A stretch of 64,000 bases of DNA from an uncultured Christiangramia sp. (GTDB lineage Bacteria; Bacteroidota; Bacteroidia; Flavobacteriales; Flavobacteriaceae). The DNA lies in contig CAYWAB010000003.1 in assembly GCA_964456105.1 (NCBI GenBank), positions 2,965 to 66,964 on the forward strand, in the 5' to 3' direction. The position numbers and the translations under genes are program-made. The notes under the pieces were generated by a model. The model was not told the origin of the DNA, made no database searches, and saw only the letters and a program-made list of their open reading frames with translations. Positions within the stretch are counted from its first letter, which is position 1. The number at the start of each line of letters is the position of its first letter. Positions 57,009-64,000 of the stretch are shown piece after piece.

Positions 57009-57183
57009 AATTTAAGGTGTATTTAATTGGAAGAAGAAAGTTAGGAATATTAAATTGGCTTACCTCGAATTTTAAGTAATGTTTACAATTATATTCGGAT
57101 TACTAAGTCAATTTTAACGGATTAAATCTTCCTTAAGATGTTACATTTATTTTTGAAGATCGTCTTAAATTAAAACATTAGAA

Positions 57184-58698
57184 ATGGGAAAATTTCTTTT
57201 TTTATGTGGCTTTATAATCGCGTTTATAAATCCGGTTTTCTCGCAGGAATTTACAGCACAGATCCTTGACTTCGAAAGTAAGCAGCCTATTCCTTTCGCC
57301 ACAGTTCAATATGGGCCTAATAAAGGGACAATAACCAATGAGGAAGGCATATTCGTAATAAATTTTTCTCCGGGAAGCTATGGTTTACTGGAGATTTCCT
57401 CGATGGGATATGAAAAAATCACAATTAAACCAGAAGAGGTCAGGAATAATACTATCTATCTGCGTTCTCAAGTGATCGAACTGGACAATGTCTTTTTAAC
57501 CAATAAAAAGCTTACCGGTCGTGAAATTCTGGAACAAGCAAAAAATAAGGTTTCAGAGAACTATAATTTTGGACTTTCTAAAAGACGTTTTTTCTATCGG
57601 GAGTCCAGTATAAACCGGGTGAACAGGTTTGATATGGATATCGATGAAAGTTCGATTCCTGAAATCAACCAGGCTTTAATGGATAGTATTTCGCAAAGTA
57701 TTCCAAAGTATTCAGATTCGTACAGGGAAGTTCTGGGAGATTTTTACGGAGATTATACTCAGCAAAAAATCCAGATAATTAAGGCAGCCAATCTCTATAA
57801 TCCACAAAGCACTTCTTCACTGGACAAGCTTACCAGTAAACTTGAAAATATCTTTCAGGATAATGTTAAGAAAGATTCTTATTTAAAGATTAAATCAGGT
57901 CTTTTCGGTGTAAAATTGGATGCTGATGAGCTTACTGAAAATGAAAAAGAAAATTCTGAAAAGACGGTGAAAAAGGAGCCGTCTTCAGAGGAGATTGCTA
58001 AATCTGAAGCTGATAAGCGTACGGGGCTATCAAATTCAGCCAGGGAAAATATAAGCTCTGTTCTCCGAAAATCGTTTTGGAATGAAGATTCGACTTTCGA
58101 CCTTTTCGATAAACTCAATAAATATGAATTCAAAGTGAAGGGTTATACTTATTTTGATAATGAGGTGGTGTATGTAATAGATTTTGCACCTAAAAGAGGT
58201 GCGAAGTTTAAAGGAAAGATTTATGTTAATACAGAAGACTTCGGGGTGCACCGAATCGATTTTAAGAATGTAAAATCCCTTAAAAAATTCAGGTTATTAG
58301 GGATAAGTGTAATCGATGATGTTTACCGCGGAAAATTAATCTTTTCAAAGGGTCAGGATGGCAAATATATTCCGAAGTATCTGGAACTTGAGGAGGGGGA
58401 AAGGATAGGGGTAGACCGGCCGCTTACTTTAATCGAAAAAAATAAGAACGTGCTGGGTCGCCGAAAGCAAAACGAACTTGATATGGATATCTTGATCAAT
58501 ATAAGTCAGCTTGAAAAATATCAGTTCGTGGTTTACGATTCTGAAGAAATAGATAAGAAATCATTTAATGATATTAAGCCCTCTTCAACTTTTGAATATC
58601 AAACCTTTAAAAGATATGACCCTGATTTCTGGAGTGGTTTCAATATCATTGAACCTAATGTGGCAATAAAAGAGTTCACAGCACTGGAAACTGATTAA
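57184..58698 (+). CDS. Secreted protein with a carboxypeptidase-like regulatory domain
   Basis: Signal peptide, QPIPFATV..GTITNEEGIF, ISSMGY, YDPDFW. Confidence 0.85.
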   Translation: MGKFLFLCGFIIAFINPVFSQEFTAQILDFESKQPIPFATVQYGPNKGTITNEEGIFVINFSPGSYGLLEISSMGYEKITIKPEEVRNNTIYLRSQVIELDNVFLTNKKLTGREILEQAKNKVSENYNFGLSKRRFFYRESSINRVNRFDMDIDESSIPEINQALMDSISQSIPKYSDSYREVLGDFYGDYTQQKIQIIKAANLYNPQSTSSLDKLTSKLENIFQDNVKKDSYLKIKSGLFGVKLDADELTENEKENSEKTVKKEPSSEEIAKSEADKRTGLSNSARENISSVLRKSFWNEDSTFDLFDKLNKYEFKVKGYTYFDNEVVYVIDFAPKRGAKFKGKIYVNTEDFGVHRIDFKNVKSLKKFRLLGISVIDDVYRGKLIFSKGQDGKYIPKYLELEEGERIGVDRPLTLIEKNKNVLGRRKQNELDMDILINISQLEKYQFVVYDSEEIDKKSFNDIKPSSTFEYQTFKRYDPDFWSGFNIIEPNVAIKEFTALETD

Positions 58699-58752
58699 GA
58701 GCCAAAGCCTAAAAATTTAATATTATCTTTAGGAGAATAAATATAGAATTAA

Positions 58753-59199
58753 ATGAGAAGTCTCTATTTGACAATAATTTCCTTATTAGTTATGACAATT
58801 TCCAATGCGCAAAATCCTTTCAATCTGAAAAAAGATCATGATGCTCTAATGGTAAAAGATGTAAATGTGGCCGCCGAATTTTATAAAGAAGTCCTGGGCC
58901 TTAAGGAAATTCCTAATGGAGGGCTAGGCGATCACATCAGATGGTTTGAACTTGGAGAAAAAGTACAGATCCATTTAATTGAGGGTGAAGACCAGGTAGA
59001 AAAGCATAAAGGTGTTCATTTTGCTATGAATACAGATAACCTAAGTGCCCTTATGCAGCACTTAAAAAGTAAAAATGTTTCTTTTGAAAACTGGTCAGGG
59101 GAGAAAGAAACTACTAATACCAGGCCCGATGGTATCAAACAGATCTATTTTCAGGATCCTGATGGTTACTGGATCGAGGTAAATGATAATGAACTCTAA
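58753..59199 (+). CDS. VOC/glyoxalase family protein with signal peptide
   Basis: AEFYKEVLGL, HFA, YFQDPDGYWIEV. Confidence 0.9.
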   Translation: MRSLYLTIISLLVMTISNAQNPFNLKKDHDALMVKDVNVAAEFYKEVLGLKEIPNGGLGDHIRWFELGEKVQIHLIEGEDQVEKHKGVHFAMNTDNLSALMQHLKSKNVSFENWSGEKETTNTRPDGIKQIYFQDPDGYWIEVNDNEL

Positions 59200-59205
59200 T
59201 TTATA

Positions 59206-60747
59206 TTAGATTTCATCAGTTGCAACCTTGTAGGTTGGATCTTCAAGAATGTTCACCTCTATGATCTTATCTGCATTGTCCAGCAGCCTTCTGCAATCCG
59301 GACTTAGATGTCTTAAATGAAGTGTTTTTCCCTGTTTAAGATAACGTTCAGTTAATTTATTCAGGGCTTCTATTCCGGACATATCCACTACGCGGCTTTC
59401 AGAGAAATCAATGATAACTTCATCGGGATCGTTCAGTACATCAAATTTACTGTTGAATGCAGATACAGACCCAAAGAATAGCGGTCCGTAGATCTCATAA
59501 TACTTAACGCCGTGCTCATCGATTCTTTTACGGGCACGAATTCTTTTTGCATTATCCCATGCAAATACCAGTGCCGAAATTATCACTCCTATTAGCACAG
59601 CAAGTGCAAGATTGTGTAGGAACACTGTCACCAAGGTAACTAGGATCATGACGATCACGTCAGATTTCGGCATCTTGTTGAGTGTTTTTAAACTTGCCCA
59701 TTCGAAAGTCCCTATAGCTACCATTATCATTACTCCTGTAAGTGCTGCCATAGGAAGTTTTTCTATTAGGTCTGCTCCAAACATGATAAATACAAGGAGC
59801 ATTATCGCCGCGGTGATACCAGATAATCTTGCTCTGGCGCCCGAAGAAACATTAATAAGACTTTGTCCCAACATGGCACACCCTCCCATTCCTGAGAAAA
59901 ATCCTGAAAAGATGTTCGCGGTACCCTGGGCCACACATTCCTTATTTCCTCTACCCCGGGTTTCAGTGATCTCATCAATGATATTCAGTGTAAGAAGGCT
60001 TTCAATGAGTCCAACACCAGCCATTATCAATGCGTAAGGAAATATTAAAGAGAGGGTCTCCCAATTAATTGGAATCCCGGGGATATGGAATGGAGGAAAT
60101 CCACCTTTTATTGAGGCCATATCTCCAACGCTTTTTGTGTCCAGGCCAAAGAATACTACAATTCCAAAAACCACCAGTATCGCGGCAAGAGATGATGGGA
60201 ATACTTTGGTCAATTTTGGGAGCCCCCAAATGATGAGCATTGTGATGAGAACGAGTCCCAGGAACATATAGAAAGGCTGTCCTGTCATCCATACCAGTTC
60301 ACCGGCTTCATTGATCTTTTTGAACTGCGCTAGCTGGGACATAAAAATGATGATCGCCAAACCATTTACAAAACCAAAAATAACCGAGTGGGGTACCAGT
60401 CTTATGAGTTTCCCCAATCGGAAAACTCCCGCCAGCACCTGTAATATACCGGCAAGCACTACTGTTGCAAATATATATTCCGGGCCATGGGACACAGAAA
60501 GCCCAACGATCACCACGGCTACTGCGCCGGTCGCTCCGGAGATCATTCCAGGACGACCTCCTAATATTGCGGTTATCAGTCCCATCACGAAAGCTGCATA
60601 AAGTCCGGTGAGCGGGGAGAGCTTTGCGATCATTGCGAAAGCCACTGCTTCCGGAATAAGAGCCAGTGCGACGGTTAATCCTGCAAGGATCTCTGTTTTA
60701 TAATTTACCTTTTGTGTGAAATCGAATAGATTCAGAACTTTTTTCAT
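59206..60747 (-). CDS. SulP family anion transporter with STAS domain
   Basis: GGRPGMISGATGA, GMGGCAMLGQS, GPLFFGS, DFSESRVVDMSG. Confidence 0.95.
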   Translation of the reverse strand: MKKVLNLFDFTQKVNYKTEILAGLTVALALIPEAVAFAMIAKLSPLTGLYAAFVMGLITAILGGRPGMISGATGAVAVVIVGLSVSHGPEYIFATVVLAGILQVLAGVFRLGKLIRLVPHSVIFGFVNGLAIIIFMSQLAQFKKINEAGELVWMTGQPFYMFLGLVLITMLIIWGLPKLTKVFPSSLAAILVVFGIVVFFGLDTKSVGDMASIKGGFPPFHIPGIPINWETLSLIFPYALIMAGVGLIESLLTLNIIDEITETRGRGNKECVAQGTANIFSGFFSGMGGCAMLGQSLINVSSGARARLSGITAAIMLLVFIMFGADLIEKLPMAALTGVMIMVAIGTFEWASLKTLNKMPKSDVIVMILVTLVTVFLHNLALAVLIGVIISALVFAWDNAKRIRARKRIDEHGVKYYEIYGPLFFGSVSAFNSKFDVLNDPDEVIIDFSESRVVDMSGIEALNKLTERYLKQGKTLHLRHLSPDCRRLLDNADKIIEVNILEDPTYKVATDEI

Positions 60748-60990
60748 AAACAGGCTTTTCAGCTATTTTTAAGAAGCGGCAAAAATAGACATTAAAAACA
60801 GAAGCACAATTCATTAAAGGATTAGATTCTAATTTTTGTCAAATTCTGAAATTCAGAACATTAAGAATGCAAAATCCATAATTTGTTACTCTGAACTTTT
60901 TTGAATTTGATCTTTTTATTCTAATTGTTAGAAAATAGATAAAGATTAGGTAGCAGAATTCAAATGAAATACCTTTGCAAAAAATTTATT

Positions 60991-61878
60991 ATGGCACATA
61001 AGGCCGGATTTGTAAATATAATAGGTAATCCCAATGTCGGGAAGTCTACCCTGATGAATGCATTTGTTGGGGAACGTTTGTCTATTATCACTTCAAAAGC
61101 ACAAACAACAAGACATAGAATCCTTGGTATTGTAAATGGGGAAGATTTTCAGGTTATTCTTAGTGATACCCCGGGGATCATCAAACCAGCCTACCAGCTT
61201 CAGGAGTCAATGATGGATTTCGTGAAATCTGCTTTTGAAGACGCCGATGTACTAATTTATATTGTTGAGGTTGGAGAAAAAGCTTTAAAGGACGAGGCTT
61301 TTTCTGAAAAGATCAGGAACTCTGAAGTCCCTGTGCTTCTGCTTTTGAACAAAATAGATAAATCTAACCAGGAGCAACTTGAAGAGCAGGTCCAGTACTG
61401 GCAGGAGCAAGTGCCAACTGCAGAGATACATCCCATTTCGGCACTTGAAGGTTTCAATGTTTCAGAGGTTTTCAATAGGATCATAGAACTTCTTCCTGAG
61501 TCTCCTGCATTTTACCCAAAAGATACCTTAACCGATAAACCTGAACGCTTTTTTGTGAATGAGATCATTAGGGAAAAGATCCTTATGCATTACAAAAAGG
61601 AGATTCCATACAGTGTGGAGATCGATACCAGTGAATTCTTTGAGGAAGAGAAGATAATCAGGATGCGAAGTGTGATCATGGTGGAAAGAGAAACTCAGAA
61701 AGGGATCATAATAGGGCATAAAGGTGCTGCCTTGAAAAGGGTAGGAGTAGAAGCGCGAAAGGACCTCGAAAAATTCTTTGGAAAGCAGGTGCATCTCGAA
61801 TTATATGTTAAGGTGAACAAGAATTGGCGTAGTGATGCCAACCAGCTTAGAAGATTCGGTTATACCGACAAAAAATAA
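60991..61878 (+). CDS. era: GTPase Era
   Basis: GNPNVGKS, QTTRH, DTPG, NKID, KH domain; start ATG 60991. Confidence 0.97.
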   Translation: MAHKAGFVNIIGNPNVGKSTLMNAFVGERLSIITSKAQTTRHRILGIVNGEDFQVILSDTPGIIKPAYQLQESMMDFVKSAFEDADVLIYIVEVGEKALKDEAFSEKIRNSEVPVLLLLNKIDKSNQEQLEEQVQYWQEQVPTAEIHPISALEGFNVSEVFNRIIELLPESPAFYPKDTLTDKPERFFVNEIIREKILMHYKKEIPYSVEIDTSEFFEEEKIIRMRSVIMVERETQKGIIIGHKGAALKRVGVEARKDLEKFFGKQVHLELYVKVNKNWRSDANQLRRFGYTDKK

Positions 61879-61956
61879 ACTATTCAGCTTATTTAAAGGG
61901 GGTACTGCAATTGGTTTAAAACCATTAATTTTGCTCCCTGAAATTCATTTTTAATT

Positions 61957-63261
61957 ATGGGCAATATTGTTGCTATTGTAGGAAGGCCAAATGTAGGTAA
62001 ATCAACTTTTTTTAACCGTTTGATACAGCGTCGAGAGGCGATCGTGGATTCGGTAAGTGGAGTGACCAGAGACAGGCATTATGGAAAAACAGACTGGAAT
62101 GGTCATAGATTTTCTTTGATCGATACCGGCGGTTATGTTAAGGGGAGCGATGATATTTTCGAAGCGGAAATAGACAAACAGGTGGAACTCGCAATCGACG
62201 AGGCAGACGCTATAATCTTTATGGTTGATGTCGAATCTGGTGTTACACCAATGGATGAGGACGTGGCTACATTGCTTAGAAAAGTTGATAAACCTGTACT
62301 TCTCGCAGTAAATAAAGTAGATAATAACAAGAGATTGGAGAATGCGGTGGAATTCTATTCACTTGGACTGGGAGAATATTTCCCGATCGCAAGTACTAAC
62401 GGTAGCGGAACTGGAGATCTTTTAGACGCAGTGGTAGAGGCACTCCCGGAACTGGAGGCTGAAGAAGAGACCGAATTGCCGAGATTCGCCGTTGTGGGAA
62501 GACCCAATGCCGGTAAATCCTCTTTTATAAATGCATTGATCGGGGAAGACAGATATATAGTCACCGATATTGCCGGCACTACCAGAGATTCTATGGATAC
62601 CAGGTATAACAGATTTGGATTTGAATTCAATCTTGTAGATACAGCAGGTATCAGGAGGAAATCCAAGGTGAAGGAGAATCTTGAATTCTATTCAGTGATG
62701 CGTTCCGTACGTGCTATAGAGAACTGTGATGTTTGCCTTCTTGTATTGGATGCTACCAGAGGTTTTGATGGCCAGGTACAGAATATTTTCTGGCTGGCGC
62801 AAAGAAACCATAAGGGAATCGTTATCCTTGTAAATAAGTGGGACCTCTTAGATAAGGAGACCAATACCCTTAAAGAGTATGAAGCAGGAATAAGGAGAGA
62901 AATGGAACCTTTCGTGGATGTGCCGATCGTCTTTATTTCGGTTCTTACAAAACAGAGGGTTTTTAAGGCTATTGAAACCGCCGTTAAAGTTTATGAGAAC
63001 CGAAGTAAGAAGATCAAAACCCGTGAGCTCAATGATATTATGCTTCCCATTATTGAAAAGAACCCGCCACCGGCTTATAAAGGAAAGTATGTGAAGATCA
63101 AATTTTGTACACAGCTTCCCACTCCACATCCTCAGTTTGCATTTTTCTGTAATCTCCCTCAGTACGTAAGAGATCCTTATAAGAGATTCATAGAGAATAA
63201 ATTACGAAAGGAGTTCGACTTTTCGGGAGTTCCTATCACAATTTATTTCAGGAAAAAATAA
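61957..63261 (+). CDS. der: Ribosome biogenesis GTPase Der
   Basis: Two G domains, GRPNVGKS and GRPNAGKS. Confidence 0.97.
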   Translation: MGNIVAIVGRPNVGKSTFFNRLIQRREAIVDSVSGVTRDRHYGKTDWNGHRFSLIDTGGYVKGSDDIFEAEIDKQVELAIDEADAIIFMVDVESGVTPMDEDVATLLRKVDKPVLLAVNKVDNNKRLENAVEFYSLGLGEYFPIASTNGSGTGDLLDAVVEALPELEAEEETELPRFAVVGRPNAGKSSFINALIGEDRYIVTDIAGTTRDSMDTRYNRFGFEFNLVDTAGIRRKSKVKENLEFYSVMRSVRAIENCDVCLLVLDATRGFDGQVQNIFWLAQRNHKGIVILVNKWDLLDKETNTLKEYEAGIRREMEPFVDVPIVFISVLTKQRVFKAIETAVKVYENRSKKIKTRELNDIMLPIIEKNPPPAYKGKYVKIKFCTQLPTPHPQFAFFCNLPQYVRDPYKRFIENKLRKEFDFSGVPITIYFRKK

Positions 63262-63407
63262 ATAGTGCTTAAACTATTCACTAAATAAGCAGTCTTAGAG
63301 TTAATTGTTTATAAAATCGATTAATTCCGGCAAAGAAGTTTGCGTCTTATACTGATTAATTAGTTATTCGCAATCCGAATTTTTTTCATGCCTAACCGCT
63401 TATTTTG

Positions 63408-64000
63408 ATGAGATTAAAACTTTTCTCATTCCTGTTCTTTTTAACAGGAATAATGTTTTCCCAGAATTTTGAAATCAAAGGAAAAATAACAGATCCAGAG
63501 GGGAATCCTCTTGGTTCTGCGACTGTATATCTTGAAAAACCGGCAGACAGCAGCCTGGTAACCTACACCATATCAGAGGAAAGCGGGGCTTTTCTTCTTT
63601 TAGGGAAGTCCTCTGTTCCAGATTTAAATATTTTTGTTTCCTATGCTGGTTATGCAACCTATTCTGACCAGATTAAAGCTGAAAATAAAGATTTAGGAGC
63701 CCTCGTTCTTGAGGTTTTGGATAACCAGTTAGAAGAAGTGACCTTAACCGGGAGTCGTGCCCCGATATCGGTGAAAACAGATACTCTTGAGTTTAATGCG
63801 GCTTCCTTTAAAACCAGGGAAAATGCTAATCTCGAAGATGTTTTAAAAGAACTTCCCGGCCTCGCTGTAGATAATCAAGGCAATATCACGGTAAATGGAA
63901 AACCGGTATCCCGGATTCTAGTGAATGGAAAAGAGTTCTTTGGTAACGATCCTAAGATCGCTACTAAGAATTTACCTAAGGAAATCATCGATAAGATCCA
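63408..64000 (+). CDS. Outer-membrane beta-barrel or TonB-receptor-like protein, runs off right edge
   Basis: Own translation MRLKLFSFLFFLTGIMFSQ...VSYAGY...DTLEFNAASF...LEDVLKELPG...ILVNGKEFFG; not in ORF track. Confidence 0.88.
   Translation, partial: MRLKLFSFLFFLTGIMFSQNFEIKGKITDPEGNPLGSATVYLEKPADSSLVTYTISEESGAFLLLGKSSVPDLNIFVSYAGYATYSDQIKAENKDLGALVLEVLDNQLEEVTLTGSRAPISVKTDTLEFNAASFKTRENANLEDVLKELPGLAVDNQGNITVNGKPVSRILVNGKEFFGNDPKIATKNLPKEIIDKI

Noticed and set aside
60844-60858. TTCTGAA-A-TTCAGAA palindrome between sulP and era
   Set aside because: Single AT-rich 7-bp repeat with no candidate regulator; could be chance
1-64000. CRISPR arrays, IS elements, prophage, tRNA/rRNA and defence systems
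   Set aside because: No repeat-spacer arrays, transposase or integrase motifs, or RNA gene signatures were seen

Overview
Gene-dense chromosomal window from a Bacteroidota bacterium, probably a marine Flavobacteriaceae (inferred from TAnnTTTG -7 promoter boxes, fused ccoNO and a lipoprotein clade II NosZ). I saw no mobile elements, CRISPR arrays, tRNAs or rRNAs. The centre (~8.2-35.5 kb) is a low-oxygen respiration island. It holds hemN-ric, an Rrf2 regulator, an uncharacterised His-rich polytopic membrane protein, a clade II nos operon (cyt c, fasciclin, nosZ, nosB-like, nosL, nosD, nosF, nosY, thioredoxin), deoC-deoD, hpf-usp, a FixL-like PAS kinase with a REC-Crp/Fnr partner, and usp-ccoI-ccoS-ccoNO-Q-P-G-H. 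Six promoters in the island carry a TGAY-N4-RTCA palindrome exactly 23 nt upstream of the -7 box, which defines a readable regulon. The rest includes a hybrid two-component protein lacking its catalytic residues, GH31 and glgE-mak-glgB, glpR/glpDKF, SulP and era-der. Features missing from the ORF track include two candidate small RNAs, two small membrane proteins and several operators.
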